From NCBI GenBank assembly GCA_050173015.1, contig JBFXLE010000019.1:21730-85729 (forward strand): DNA of 64,000 nucleotides. Direction: 5' to 3'. Positions 19,938 through 30,576 of this stretch are shown one piece after another; position 1 is the stretch's first letter, and each line of letters starts with the position of its first letter. A model generated the notes under the pieces. That model had not been told where the DNA came from. It made no database searches and saw only the letters and a program-made list of their open reading frames with translations. Source of the stretch: Calditrichaceae bacterium (GTDB taxonomy: Bacteria; Calditrichota; Calditrichia; Calditrichales; JBFXGD01). Position numbers and translations under genes: made by a program.

Positions 19938-22015
19938 AACGGATACATCTGCCGACGCAACTACTGATTGGAATTATCGTATTCAACAGCCTGATTACGT
20001 TTGCATATGATGTCATACAGTATTTCAGCTCTCTAAACATCCAGTCGTGGAATTACTTACATGAAAGCTTTTCTGTTTTAACTATTTATTTTTATTACCT
20101 TTACCTAAAAAGAAAATCCTTTTTTTCAGTTTCTGATGTTCAGACCAATCTAAAAAATCTGATAAAATTTTTAGCGATACTATATATTTTGGTGCTTGTA
20201 CTGAAACAGGCTCTTTCACCGGGCTTCTCCCCGGCTACATTTCCACAGCAGCCTGAAACTTTTCTCAGTCTGGTTTATTCAAATCTCGTGTCTCTCGCGG
20301 CAATACTACTGCTATTGCCTATCCTGATCAGTATCAAAAACCTGATCTATTATAAATTCAGAAAAAGAACAGATCTCTATCTTGCCATCGCGCTTGCGGG
20401 AACATTAGCGACAATGATATTGACCGTTGTCTTTGAAACACCCCTCGACCTTAGCTTTAGCGGCAACGGCATATATAACAACGCCGCATTTTTAGGGACA
20501 TTGATATTTCTCGCCGGGCTATCTACCAGAAACAGCTGGATCACTTATTTGTCACGCAAAGAGAAATATTACTATTTTCTTATCTCATTTGTCCTAATCT
20601 GGGTAGTATTATATCTATTCGATCTCGCTTTCAAGGTTTCTGTCCCTGCCCATAGTCTCGCGTTAGCCGTTTTTACAAATATCAGCTGGTATTTCCTTGT
20701 GTTTTATGCCATTTTCGCGAATTTGAATTTTCTGCTCCATCTGCCCACAGCCAGGGTATTTGACCGCAAAATGAAAGAAGTCTCATCCCTGCATCATTTA
20801 AGCAGAGTTATGTCTGTTGAATATGATTATGAAAAATTAGTCCAATTGGTCACCGAAATGACCGCGGAGGTTACGGAATCGTCTTATACATGGCTGGAAC
20901 TGTTTGATGAGCGGGCGGATAATTTATATGTCGCGGCTTCAAAAAACATCAACGGTGATGAACTCCTGGAATTTAATTCAAAGACAAATCAAAGCGTTAG
21001 TAATCAAATTCTGCTTCAAAAAAAACCGCTCATTATGAATGATCTGACAAAGAGCAAGGAATATCAGACTATCAAAATCCTGAAAAACGGAATCGGGTCG
21101 TTCGCCGGAGCTCCGCTTCTCGGCGCCAATGGACAGGTAATGGGCATATTGTACGCGGTAAAAACCCATGTGTTCGGCTTTGATCCTGATGATGTGAACA
21201 TGCTGGAGGCTTATGCCAATCAAGCTGCCATCGCTCTTGAAAATGTAAAACTTCTCCGAAATTCATTCGAACGTGAACGCATGGAACAGGAATTAAAAAT
21301 TGCCCGTGATGTTCAGCTCAAGCTGCTGCCACAGGAAATCCCGCAAATCGGGAGTTTTAAAATTGATACGCTAACCATCACTGCCTATGAAGTAGGCGGC
21401 GATTATTACGATTTTTATACATATCCTGATTCAAAACTCGGCCTGATCATCGGGGATGTGAGCGGTAAAGGAACATCCGCCGCGTTTTATATGGCAGAAA
21501 CAAAAGGAATTATCCAATCACTCATCAGAAACCAGACATCTCCGAAAGAAATTCTGATAAATACAAATAAAATATTATATGAATCTCTTGAGAAAAAGAC
21601 ATTCATAAGCCTCCTGGCCGCCCATCTTGACGCGAAAACAAACGTTTTGAGATTCGCGCGGGCGGGACATTGCCCTATTTTATATTATAATTCAGTTGAT
21701 GACCGGACCTCATTACTTCAGCCTTCCGGCGTCGCTGTTGGTCTCGATAATGGTGACATATTTGATAAGATGCTTGAAGAAGTGGAAGTAAAGCTTTCTC
21801 CGAATGATATACTTGTGTTTTTTACAGACGGTCTCTCCGAGGCAAGAACCGGAAACGGTGATGAATTTGGCGAGGAGCGTCTTTGTGAGGTTGTGAAGCA
21901 GAATTTTCATCTGAGCGTCGAAGAAATTAAAGATAAAATAATCGATGAGATTCTCGGATTCATGGATGGGCAGAACCTTCATGATGATTTAACATTAATT
22001 TTGATAAAAATTTAA
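19934..22015 (+). CDS. Polytopic membrane GAF + SpoIIE/PP2C serine phosphatase (RsbU-like)
   Basis: About 8 TM helices, GAF (ANQAAIALEN), intact PP2C motifs VGGDYYD, GDVSGKG, AGH, TDGLSE, DDLT; ATGA overlap with the lipoprotein gene. Confidence 0.92.
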   Translation: MKRIHLPTQLLIGIIVFNSLITFAYDVIQYFSSLNIQSWNYLHESFSVLTIYFYYLYLKRKSFFSVSDVQTNLKNLIKFLAILYILVLVLKQALSPGFSPATFPQQPETFLSLVYSNLVSLAAILLLLPILISIKNLIYYKFRKRTDLYLAIALAGTLATMILTVVFETPLDLSFSGNGIYNNAAFLGTLIFLAGLSTRNSWITYLSRKEKYYYFLISFVLIWVVLYLFDLAFKVSVPAHSLALAVFTNISWYFLVFYAIFANLNFLLHLPTARVFDRKMKEVSSLHHLSRVMSVEYDYEKLVQLVTEMTAEVTESSYTWLELFDERADNLYVAASKNINGDELLEFNSKTNQSVSNQILLQKKPLIMNDLTKSKEYQTIKILKNGIGSFAGAPLLGANGQVMGILYAVKTHVFGFDPDDVNMLEAYANQAAIALENVKLLRNSFERERMEQELKIARDVQLKLLPQEIPQIGSFKIDTLTITAYEVGGDYYDFYTYPDSKLGLIIGDVSGKGTSAAFYMAETKGIIQSLIRNQTSPKEILINTNKILYESLEKKTFISLLAAHLDAKTNVLRFARAGHCPILYYNSVDDRTSLLQPSGVAVGLDNGDIFDKMLEEVEVKLSPNDILVFFTDGLSEARTGNGDEFGEERLCEVVKQNFHLSVEEIKDKIIDEILGFMDGQNLHDDLTLILIKI

Positions 22016-22028
22016 GATTGCTTATAAT
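22001..22028 (+). promoter_or_regulatory. Sigma70-like internal promoter for the STAS/RsbW genes
   Basis: TTGATA (22001-22006), 16-nt spacer, TATAAT (22023-22028). Confidence 0.5.
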
Positions 22029-22113
22029 AGGGATATAAATTTAGATAGCCGGATCTCCCGCCCCGCGGTGGCTATTTGAATAAAATATCCAATGACTGTC
22101 CCGGAGGTAATTA

Positions 22114-22467
22114 ATGAGTGGTTTTGAAATTTCACGAAATGATCAGGATACAATTTCAGTCTTACATTTGGCTGGATTTCTTGATGCCCATACAGCTCCA
22201 AAATTTGAGGATGCGCTCGACCGGTTATTAAAGGAGGAACGGGTAAATATCATTGTGAACCTTCATAAACTTGATTATATAAGTAGCGCGGGCCTTGGAG
22301 TCTTCATGGGCTTTATTGAAGAAGTACGTGAAAAAGGGGGTGATATTAAACTATCAAATTTATCACCAAAAGTTTATAAAGTTTTTGACTTACTTGGATT
22401 TCCATCACTTTATGAGATTTTCGATGAAGAAACGCAGGCTAAATCAAAATTTTTTAAGGCTAAATAG
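22114..22467 (+). CDS. rsbV: STAS-domain anti-sigma-factor antagonist (RsbV/SpoIIAA family)
   Basis: GFLDAHTAP, LDYISSAGLG containing the phosphorylatable Ser; strong RBS GGAGGT. Confidence 0.93.
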   Translation: MSGFEISRNDQDTISVLHLAGFLDAHTAPKFEDALDRLLKEERVNIIVNLHKLDYISSAGLGVFMGFIEEVREKGGDIKLSNLSPKVYKVFDLLGFPSLYEIFDEETQAKSKFFKAK

Positions 22468-22510
22468 CAACTTTTGTAAAATTAATTCGAATTCCTAATT
22501 AGAGTCCGAT

Positions 22511-22954
22511 ATGAAAAAAAGTCGAAAGCAAAAATTCAAACTCCGGTTCCCGAGTAAGACAGATAATCTGGAGATCATTCGCGAGTTCGTAAACCGCCTG
22601 GCGTTGAAGACAGGATTCAATCCATCCACAGCGGACCAGATTGCTCTTGCCGTGGATGAGGCCTGCACAAATGTTATCAAGCACGCGCATAAATTTGATT
22701 CCAGACGTATGATAGACATCATTGTGTATTTGGATAACGAAAAGATTGAAATTATCATCTCCGATACGGGCAAAGGATTTGATCCTTCGAAACTCCCGGA
22801 ACCGGATTTACGACAATACATTCATGAAGCTAAAATGGGAGGTTTGGGTATTTATCTGATGAAGACAATCATGGACGAGGTTAATTACACTTTTAATCCG
22901 GGTACAAAAAATCAGGTCGCCATGATAAAATACTTAAACAAAAAATCCGCATAG
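22511..22954 (+). CDS. rsbW: RsbW/SpoIIAB-type serine kinase (anti-sigma family)
   Basis: LAVDEACTNVIKHA, DTGKGFD, GGLGIYLM...MDEV. Confidence 0.93.
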   Translation: MKKSRKQKFKLRFPSKTDNLEIIREFVNRLALKTGFNPSTADQIALAVDEACTNVIKHAHKFDSRRMIDIIVYLDNEKIEIIISDTGKGFDPSKLPEPDLRQYIHEAKMGGLGIYLMKTIMDEVNYTFNPGTKNQVAMIKYLNKKSA

Positions 22955-22956
22955 CT

Positions 22957-24729
22957 ATGAATGACCATCTTAACAGTTTTCGTCACCGCCATCAAAACGA
23001 ATTAAACTCAGATGAACTGGATAAAAGGCTGCTCGAACTCTCCGCCCTATTTGAAATAAGCCAGACTCTCAACTCATCCCTGAATCTGAAATCTATTCTC
23101 AATACCATTCTGCTTGTACCGATGGGAAGAATGGCTATCGGGAGAGGGATTGTTTTATTCCAGCAAAAATCTGAACTGTACCGGGTCGAAACCCTTAAAG
23201 GTTTGCCATTTTCGCTGATTGACAAGGAAATATCGATCGCATCCTTACCAAAACACCCTTTTCTGATCAGCCGATATGAGGGCGATGATGAATGGGTCGA
23301 TTTCTTTAAAAAATTCAAAATTGAGTTGATCCTGCCTTTGAGTTCGATGCGTGAATTTAAGGGAATTGTCGGTTATGGCGCCCGGCTTGTTAAATCGGAT
23401 TATACCGATGAGGAAATTGACTTTTTGTCGTCGCTCTCAAACATCGCCGCGCCGTCTATCGAAAATGCCCGTATCTTTGATAAACTGAATCAGGTAAACA
23501 GACAGCTTGATCAAAAAATACAGGAACTGAACACGTTATTTGAAATCGGTAATGAGTTAAACAGGCTTTTTGACACAGACAAGATTCTCAGACAACTGTC
23601 CTATTCACTCATGGGACAAATGCTGGTTAACCAGTTTTTCGTTGCCCAGCATGTGGGCGGCAAGCTGGAAATTGTATATAGAAAGGGCTCATTATTTAAT
23701 GATGCCGCGATCAGAAAATGCATCGATCAGTGCCGAAACCTGCCTGACTTCAATACCCCGATGATTCTCACTGAAGATCAAAATCAATATTCTAAATTAT
23801 ATGATCTGGGCATCCGAGTTATTACCCCTATGGTAAATCAGGACCAGGTTCGCGGATTCATATTTCTGGGTGAGAAACTGGATAAAAGCCTGTTTAACAA
23901 AGCCAATATCGATTTTATGTCCACGCTGGCAAATATCGCGATCATATCCCTGGAAAATGCGCGTCTTTTCGAGGAAACGCTTGAAAAAAAGCGGATGGAA
24001 GAAGAACTCAATCTGGCAAAAAAAATTCAGATTCAGCTTTTACCAAAAGCCATGCCAGAGATTATGGGATACGATATCCATGGTCTCAATATCCCGAGTA
24101 AGCAGGTAGGCGGCGATTATTTCGATATCATCAAAATAAGTCATGATGTATTTATACTAACCATTGCGGATGTTTCCGGAAAAGGCATGCCCGCGTCTCT
24201 CTTAATGTCTAATCTGCAGGCGGGTTTACAGACCCTTGCCGGCGAACAATATGAACTGGATGAAATCACATCCAAACTAAATAATCTGATCTATAAAAAT
24301 ACATCAGTCGATAAATACATAACTTTTTTTATCGCGAAACTTAACGCTAAAACCCATCAACTGGAATATGTCAATGCAGGTCACAATCCCCCGTATTTAT
24401 TCAGGCCTGACGGCAGTTATCAGGCTTTGGATAAAGGTGGAATCATTCTGGGTATGATGCCGGATGTACATTATGAAACCGGCAGAGAAAATCTTAAAGA
24501 AGCACTATGCCTGACAATGTTCACTGACGGTGTCACAGAAGCTATGAATGATGATGAGGAACCATTTGATGAACCGGCCCTAATTCATTTTTTCCGGGAA
24601 AATATGGCGGCATTCAACAGTCAAGACTTAAATCTGAAACTTTATGATGTTTTGACAGAGTTTTCCGGTGATCCAACCAAATACGATGATGTCACCATTT
24701 TAACCCTTAAAATAGAGACATCAACCTGA
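22957..24729 (+). CDS. Cytoplasmic tandem-GAF + SpoIIE/PP2C phosphatase
   Basis: Two GAF-like repeats each ending (S/L)ENAR; VGGDYFD, ADVSGKG, NAGHNP, TDGVTE, DDVT; no TM segment. Confidence 0.92.
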   Translation: MNDHLNSFRHRHQNELNSDELDKRLLELSALFEISQTLNSSLNLKSILNTILLVPMGRMAIGRGIVLFQQKSELYRVETLKGLPFSLIDKEISIASLPKHPFLISRYEGDDEWVDFFKKFKIELILPLSSMREFKGIVGYGARLVKSDYTDEEIDFLSSLSNIAAPSIENARIFDKLNQVNRQLDQKIQELNTLFEIGNELNRLFDTDKILRQLSYSLMGQMLVNQFFVAQHVGGKLEIVYRKGSLFNDAAIRKCIDQCRNLPDFNTPMILTEDQNQYSKLYDLGIRVITPMVNQDQVRGFIFLGEKLDKSLFNKANIDFMSTLANIAIISLENARLFEETLEKKRMEEELNLAKKIQIQLLPKAMPEIMGYDIHGLNIPSKQVGGDYFDIIKISHDVFILTIADVSGKGMPASLLMSNLQAGLQTLAGEQYELDEITSKLNNLIYKNTSVDKYITFFIAKLNAKTHQLEYVNAGHNPPYLFRPDGSYQALDKGGIILGMMPDVHYETGRENLKEALCLTMFTDGVTEAMNDDEEPFDEPALIHFFRENMAAFNSQDLNLKLYDVLTEFSGDPTKYDDVTILTLKIETST

Positions 24730-24804
24730 TTTTTTCATTGCTTTAATTTCCCGATTATTGAATATAATCCAAGTATTCTCTATATTTACGCCCATAACAA
24801 AGGA

Positions 24805-26727
24805 GTGGTTTTGTCGAAATATGATATTATTGAATCTGCAATACTTTATCTGATATATCTCCTTTTAACATTACTCCTTTACCTCGGACAAACGGTCATT
24901 GATAAGGCATCCTTTCTGCCGCCTGTAGCCATAGTGCTGGCCTTGATTATCCTGTTTCATGAGAGGTTAAAGCTACTGGTCAGACGTTTTGTCAATAAGC
25001 ACTATTATTTTCTGCTTAATCATATTCAACAGACCCTCGAAACTTTGAATACAAAACTGAACAGTTCCTTCCGTTACCATGAGGTGACGCATGAGCTTGA
25101 AGACGCGTTTAAAAAAATATTCAGTGATGTTTCCTACGCTTTTTATATCTTTGAGAACAATAAATTCTACCCTGCTTTTTCGGGCAATCTTGATGACAGT
25201 GAATTAATGACTCTCGGCCTTGATGCTTCATATATCAGACCAATCCAAGCGGAAACCCTACTGATTGAAGATTATTTTTCCACTTTGCGGATACCTGATT
25301 CTTTTGCCCGCAAATTTAAAAAGGCGGATCTATATGCTCTTCTACCCTTCCATGGCCATAACCAAACGTTTGCATTTTTGTTGGTTAATCTAAAAAAAGT
25401 CCGCTTCTACCGGGACAAACCGACCCGATTATTATTCCAAAAAATTCAACGTAAGGGCGGATTAATACTTGAGAATACCGGACTTTTTGTCGATTTGGAG
25501 AAAAAGAACTTTGAGACACGCAAACTGATTGAAGTCAGTCAGCGTATCCTCTCATCGCTCAACACCAAAGATATTCTCGATTTTATACTAAATTCTCTCC
25601 AGTCTTTGATAAATTTTGATGCCGCGGCCATTTTCCTTGTAGATAAATCAGGGAAAAACCTATTAAATACCAGCAGCCGGGGCTATGATTCGGGAGTGAC
25701 GGACCGTCTCCATCTTAAAGTCGGCCAGGGGGCCTGCGGCTGGGTTGTTGAATCAAAAAAAATTGATATAATTGATGATGTTCGCACTTCAGAACACTAT
25801 CTTGAAATACGCAAAAATACGAAATCCCAGATTTCTATCCCGATGATATTTGAGGAAACTGTTCTCGGAGTAATATGTATGGAGAGCGACAAATTAAATT
25901 ACTTTAATGAAAATCAGGTAGATATACTGAATATTTTTGCCAATCAGGCGGCTATAGCCATACACAATGCCCGACAGCTTGATATAAGGCTCGCAAAACA
26001 AGCCTATGAACATGAGCTGATCAATGCAAGTATGGTTCAGCAGGATTTACTTATAAAACAGCTTCCGAAACTTAAAGATCTTCGCCTGACCGCAGAGAAC
26101 ATTCCCAGCAAACTTGTAAGCGGCGATCTTTATGATGTTATAAAATTCAATGAAACCACTCTCGGTTTCATTATCGGTGATGTTTCCGGAAAAGGCGCGC
26201 CCGCGGCGCTGATGATGACTTTGATTCTCGCGGGGTTTCGTACGCAAAACAAGACTTTTATGACCGCGTGCGATGTCGTCAACAGATTAAATAATCTGCT
26301 TTGTCAGACCACCATTGAGGGAAAATACGCTACCCTGTTCTATGGTATTATCGACATGGAAAATCATAAGGTGATATATACCAACGCCGGACACAATCCT
26401 CCGATTTTGATTACAGCAAACGGGCGGATTAAACACCTTACCAAAGGGGGTATCGTCCTCGGTTTTATCGGAAATCAGGAATATGGCCAGGAAGAAATTG
26501 AATTTAACCAAGGTGATATTCTTGTCGCTTATACCGATGGCGTCAGCGAATCCATGAATCATCTTGAAGAAGAGTTTGGCGAAGACCGCTTAATTGAAAT
26601 CGTTAAAGCCAACCGGCAGATGTCTGTTCACCAGATAAAACTGGAAATTATTAAGGCGCTAAAAGATTTTGCTGAATTTGATAATCCGGCTGACGACATT
26701 ACTTTATTAATTTGCAAACATCTCTAA
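24805..26727 (+). CDS. Membrane-anchored (2 TM) GAF + SpoIIE/PP2C phosphatase
   Basis: GTG start after AAGGA; two TM helices, degenerate GAF, canonical GAF (GQGACGWV...ANQAAIAIHNA), VSGDLYD, GDVSGKG, NAGHNP, TDGVSE, DDIT. Confidence 0.9.
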   Translation: MVLSKYDIIESAILYLIYLLLTLLLYLGQTVIDKASFLPPVAIVLALIILFHERLKLLVRRFVNKHYYFLLNHIQQTLETLNTKLNSSFRYHEVTHELEDAFKKIFSDVSYAFYIFENNKFYPAFSGNLDDSELMTLGLDASYIRPIQAETLLIEDYFSTLRIPDSFARKFKKADLYALLPFHGHNQTFAFLLVNLKKVRFYRDKPTRLLFQKIQRKGGLILENTGLFVDLEKKNFETRKLIEVSQRILSSLNTKDILDFILNSLQSLINFDAAAIFLVDKSGKNLLNTSSRGYDSGVTDRLHLKVGQGACGWVVESKKIDIIDDVRTSEHYLEIRKNTKSQISIPMIFEETVLGVICMESDKLNYFNENQVDILNIFANQAAIAIHNARQLDIRLAKQAYEHELINASMVQQDLLIKQLPKLKDLRLTAENIPSKLVSGDLYDVIKFNETTLGFIIGDVSGKGAPAALMMTLILAGFRTQNKTFMTACDVVNRLNNLLCQTTIEGKYATLFYGIIDMENHKVIYTNAGHNPPILITANGRIKHLTKGGIVLGFIGNQEYGQEEIEFNQGDILVAYTDGVSESMNHLEEEFGEDRLIEIVKANRQMSVHQIKLEIIKALKDFAEFDNPADDITLLICKHL

Positions 26728-26762
26728 ACAACAGGGAATATTAGATAAATAAATAGGTCCCG

Positions 26763-26785
26763 CAAGCGATCCCGCTTGATTTTTT
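26763..26785 (+). terminator. Intrinsic terminator after the third phosphatase
   Basis: CAAGCG-atcc-CGCTTG followed by ATTTTTT. Confidence 0.55.
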
Positions 26786-26890
26786 AACCAGGATAGTTTA
26801 CTTTCTTGAATTGAATATCAGAATTCCGGTAAAATTGTTCGTTTTCTCGTTCGGCTGTCAAATCCAAACCATTAATATAATCAGAGATCC

Positions 26891-28534
26891 ATGAGTATAG
26901 ACAATAAAAAAATACTCTATATTGAGGACGATCCCGAAACAAGGTCTCTGATGGCTGATATTATCAGGTATAAGGGATATCAGTTCTATGAAGCTGCCCG
27001 TGGCCTTGACGGTATTCAGATGGCCATTGAACACAAACCGGATCTAATTCTGGTGGATTTACGGCTGCCCGATATGCAGGGATACGAGGTCACTACCCAT
27101 TTAAAAAGTCTGTCCGATATCAAGAACACGCCTATCATCGCCCTGACGGGTGAAATGCACCGTGATGCCAGAGATTTAACTCTCGCCGCCGGATGTGACG
27201 GCTATATTTCAAAACCCATAAATGTCACTGAATTTTTATTTAAGATCGAAGAATATCTCTCCGGGAAAAAAGATTTTATATCTCCTGAAAAAGAGAAGAA
27301 ATTTTTACAAAAGTATAATGTCCAGCTTGTTGAAAAATTGCGCCGAAAACTTCTCGAACTCGAATCTCTCAATGAAAACCTTACAAAGTTGAACAAAGAA
27401 CTATATGAGTCTCATCAGGATCTTGCCAAGTACAATGACAGACTGTTCTATCTCAACAACGTTGCCAATTTTTTAAGAACACAAAGAGATCCGGCAACGC
27501 TTCTGAAAATACTGCCTGAAAAAATAATCGAAGGATTTAAGGTTGAAAGATGCATTTCTTTTGAACTAGACACCATAAAAAGAAAGCTAATTCCATTTTC
27601 ATTTGACGGTGTCACCAGTTCATCCATTCATAAGAAAAGTTTTAAATATAAACCCGAATTTTTGACTTACCTTAAAAAAGACGGTGGAATTATCTGGATA
27701 AAAAATCTTTCCGAAATCCTGGAGCCTTCACTTTTGAGCCTGGCAAAAAATTTGCGGACAGAGTCGTTTATTTTGGGGAATCTATCTAATTTAGCCGTAA
27801 AAAAAGATTCCACCGAAATTTTCGCGAATATTGCTTCAAATGTGACATCTGATGAAAAACTCGAGTTGCAGATGCCAAAACGTTATCTGATTTTTATAGA
27901 TAAAGGGAAAACCCAACAGGATTTCGAGACATACGAAGTTCGCATACTGAAATCCTTTATTCAGACCATCGGAATTATCTATGAAAATATGATTCTATAT
28001 CATAAACTGATGAAACTGTATAAGATCAAGGAACAGCAGGCGATCACTGACGGTCTCACTAAAATTTACAATTACCGCTATTTTATACAGCAGTTGGAAC
28101 GGGAAATGAACCGCGGTAAGCGTTTTAAGACCCCATTTTCCCTTTTGATCATCGATATCGATCACTTTAAGGATTACAATGACCGTCACGGGCACCCCGA
28201 AGGTGATAAAATTCTTTGTCAGGTCAGCCTAATTCTGTCAGAGAACACCAGGAGTCTTGATACAGTAGCAAGATACGGGGGGGAAGAATTTGTTATCATA
28301 CTTCCGGGTCTGGACAAACAGAACGCGATCTGGATTGCCCAAAAACTTCACAACTTAATAGAAGATTTCGAATTCAATCTGCAGCAGTTCCAGCCTCTCG
28401 GAAAACTTACAGTAAGTATCGGCCTGGCTAATTTCCCTGATGACGGAACCGATATGGAAGATCTTATAGAACGAGCGGATCAGGCTCTCTATAAAGCAAA
28501 AAAGTCAGGCCGAAACAGAGTCTGTATCGCCTGA
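26891..28534 (+). CDS. Response-regulator diguanylate cyclase (REC, coiled coil, GAF-like, GGDEF)
   Basis: REC IEDD...LVDLRLP...ALTG...SKP; DGLT, DIDHFK, I-site RSLD and active site RYGGEEF, AKKSGRN. Confidence 0.93.
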   Translation: MSIDNKKILYIEDDPETRSLMADIIRYKGYQFYEAARGLDGIQMAIEHKPDLILVDLRLPDMQGYEVTTHLKSLSDIKNTPIIALTGEMHRDARDLTLAAGCDGYISKPINVTEFLFKIEEYLSGKKDFISPEKEKKFLQKYNVQLVEKLRRKLLELESLNENLTKLNKELYESHQDLAKYNDRLFYLNNVANFLRTQRDPATLLKILPEKIIEGFKVERCISFELDTIKRKLIPFSFDGVTSSSIHKKSFKYKPEFLTYLKKDGGIIWIKNLSEILEPSLLSLAKNLRTESFILGNLSNLAVKKDSTEIFANIASNVTSDEKLELQMPKRYLIFIDKGKTQQDFETYEVRILKSFIQTIGIIYENMILYHKLMKLYKIKEQQAITDGLTKIYNYRYFIQQLEREMNRGKRFKTPFSLLIIDIDHFKDYNDRHGHPEGDKILCQVSLILSENTRSLDTVARYGGEEFVIILPGLDKQNAIWIAQKLHNLIEDFEFNLQQFQPLGKLTVSIGLANFPDDGTDMEDLIERADQALYKAKKSGRNRVCIA

Positions 28535-28546
28535 CTTTATCAAAAC

Positions 28547-29179
28547 CTATTCAGTACCGTAAATCCGGTCTCCCGCATCACCAAGTCCCGGCAGAATATA
28601 TCCATGATCATTAAGTTCCCTGTCTAAAGCAGCGGCGTATATGGGCACATCGGGATGATGCTCTTCTAAATAACGAACTCCTTCAGGCGCGGCGACAAGA
28701 CAGACAAACAAAATTGAATGACCTCCACGTTCTTTAACATAATCAATCGCCGCGGATGCGCTCCCGCCGGTCGCGAGCATTGGATCGATCACAATTATTT
28801 CGGATTCAGCAATGTCGCTGGGAAATTTCAAATAATACTCCACCGGTTTAAGAGTCTCTTTATCACGATATAATCCGATATGACCAACCCGCGCATGCGG
28901 AATCAAGCTCAAAATCCCATCGCACATTGCGAGTCCGGCTCTTAATATCGGAACCAGTGTGACCGGTCGTTCAAGCACGTTACCTTTGGTGGTCTCCATA
29001 GGTGTAACCACTTCCCGTTCAGTCACCGGTAAATTTCTTGTCACTTCATAGACCATTAAACCCGATATCTCGTTCAGCATGGAACGAAAATTTAGATTAT
29101 TTGTGTTTTTATCCCGTATATAATATAGTTTTTGTTGAATGAGAGGATGATCAAGTATTGTTAAATTTGAAAATTCCAT
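28547..29179 (-). CDS. upp: Uracil phosphoribosyltransferase
   Basis: [32 protein letters not shown]. Confidence 0.98.
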   Translation of the reverse strand: MEFSNLTILDHPLIQQKLYYIRDKNTNNLNFRSMLNEISGLMVYEVTRNLPVTEREVVTPMETTKGNVLERPVTLVPILRAGLAMCDGILSLIPHARVGHIGLYRDKETLKPVEYYLKFPSDIAESEIIVIDPMLATGGSASAAIDYVKERGGHSILFVCLVAAPEGVRYLEEHHPDVPIYAAALDRELNDHGYILPGLGDAGDRIYGTE

Positions 29180-29181
29180 TA

Positions 29182-29919
29182 TTATTCCTTGTTAAATTCA
29201 GGCTCATACATTTCCATAATTTGATTTCTGGCCTGCTCAACCAGCTGATTCCGACTATCATAACTTAAATTCTTTGTCGGAATTTCTTTTAAAAATCGTG
29301 TCTTAATTTTTCCCGGTTTAAGAATAAACCAGTGTTTTTTTAATACATATTTACTTCCTGAGATCACTATGGGCATGATGGGAATTTCACCGTTGAGGGC
29401 GAGAATAAATCCGCCTTTCTTAAAGGCATGAATTTTTCCGTCTTTGCTCCTGGTCCCTTCCGGAAAGACAATTACCGAAACCCCGTGATTTACTATATTT
29501 ACAGCCTCATCAATACTTTTTTTTGCTGAGGCGCTGTTACCACGGTCAATTTTAATCACCCCGGCAGCCTTCATTCCCTGAGCAAAAAGAGGTACTCTGA
29601 AAAGCTCCTTTTTTGCGATAAAGCGCACCGTCTCCGGAATGGCAACGACGGTAGCGAGTACATCAAAATTGCTTTGATGATTGGCGACAAAGATATAAGG
29701 CTGTCCCGATTTCACATTTTCCAGTCCTTCTATAATTAATTTTGTACCCGAGATCCAGAGAATGGAGCGTGCCCATAATTTAATTATACGATTATTAAAT
29801 TCGCAGTAAGGATCTTTCAATGTTCCGCCGATAATAGCCAGAGTCGCCGCGATGCCGGTGGCAATAAAGAGTACAATGTAAGTCAGAATAGTCCGGATAA
29901 ATGATTCAATAATTTTCAT
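29182..29919 (-). CDS. plsC: 1-acyl-sn-glycerol-3-phosphate acyltransferase
   Basis: NHQSNFD (HX4D), [14 protein letters not shown]. Confidence 0.9.
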   Translation of the reverse strand: MKIIESFIRTILTYIVLFIATGIAATLAIIGGTLKDPYCEFNNRIIKLWARSILWISGTKLIIEGLENVKSGQPYIFVANHQSNFDVLATVVAIPETVRFIAKKELFRVPLFAQGMKAAGVIKIDRGNSASAKKSIDEAVNIVNHGVSVIVFPEGTRSKDGKIHAFKKGGFILALNGEIPIMPIVISGSKYVLKKHWFILKPGKIKTRFLKEIPTKNLSYDSRNQLVEQARNQIMEMYEPEFNKE

Positions 29920-29950
29920 CAGATTAAAATCACCTCTGTTTTTTCCGATT

Positions 29951-30574
29951 TCAGGGAACTGTTTCCCTTAGCTTCCTGACTTTTTCATCCGGAAGTATTG
30001 TATAACCGCCCAGCATCTTTGCCTGAAACGCGATTTGGGCGTAGTGTTCAACCCTTTCCAGGTTAAAGTATGCGGTCTCAACGTCAGATCCAATCGCCAA
30101 TACTCCGTGATTCTCAAGTAGTATCGCATCCGATTCACGGATTAAGTCAGAAATAGAATTCCCGACTTCAGCGGTTCCCGGTGTGCCGTAATCCGCCAGC
30201 GGTATTTTTCCCAATGTCAGGATGATTTCAGGTAAAACTGAATCTTTAAGCGATAATCCCGCGGATGCGAAGGATGTGGCAAAAAGAGGATGACCGTGAA
30301 CGACAGCCTTTATGTCCGGCCGTAAATTATATACGGTCAGATGCATTTCTTTTTCCGATGATGGTTCCGCGCGTCCCCTAATAACTTTTCCGGATAAATT
30401 GATCAAAGATAATTCATCCGCCGACAGAAGGCCTTTGCAGGCCCCTCGGGGTGTGATTACAATATTGTCACCAAGCCGGATACTGATATTCCCATCGCCG
30501 GCGACAATATATCTGAATTGATACATTAAACGGCCGATTTCCACAATTTTTAATCTGGCCTGTCTCTCCGTCAT
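29951..30574 (-). CDS. Class II aldolase/adducin family protein (FucA-like)
   Basis: GNISIR, ITPRG, PSSE..MH, HGHP, LLENHG metal ligands; ATG 2 nt after the serS stop. Confidence 0.88.
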   Translation of the reverse strand: MTERQARLKIVEIGRLMYQFRYIVAGDGNISIRLGDNIVITPRGACKGLLSADELSLINLSGKVIRGRAEPSSEKEMHLTVYNLRPDIKAVVHGHPLFATSFASAGLSLKDSVLPEIILTLGKIPLADYGTPGTAEVGNSISDLIRESDAILLENHGVLAIGSDVETAYFNLERVEHYAQIAFQAKMLGGYTILPDEKVRKLRETVP

Positions 30575-30576
30575 AA

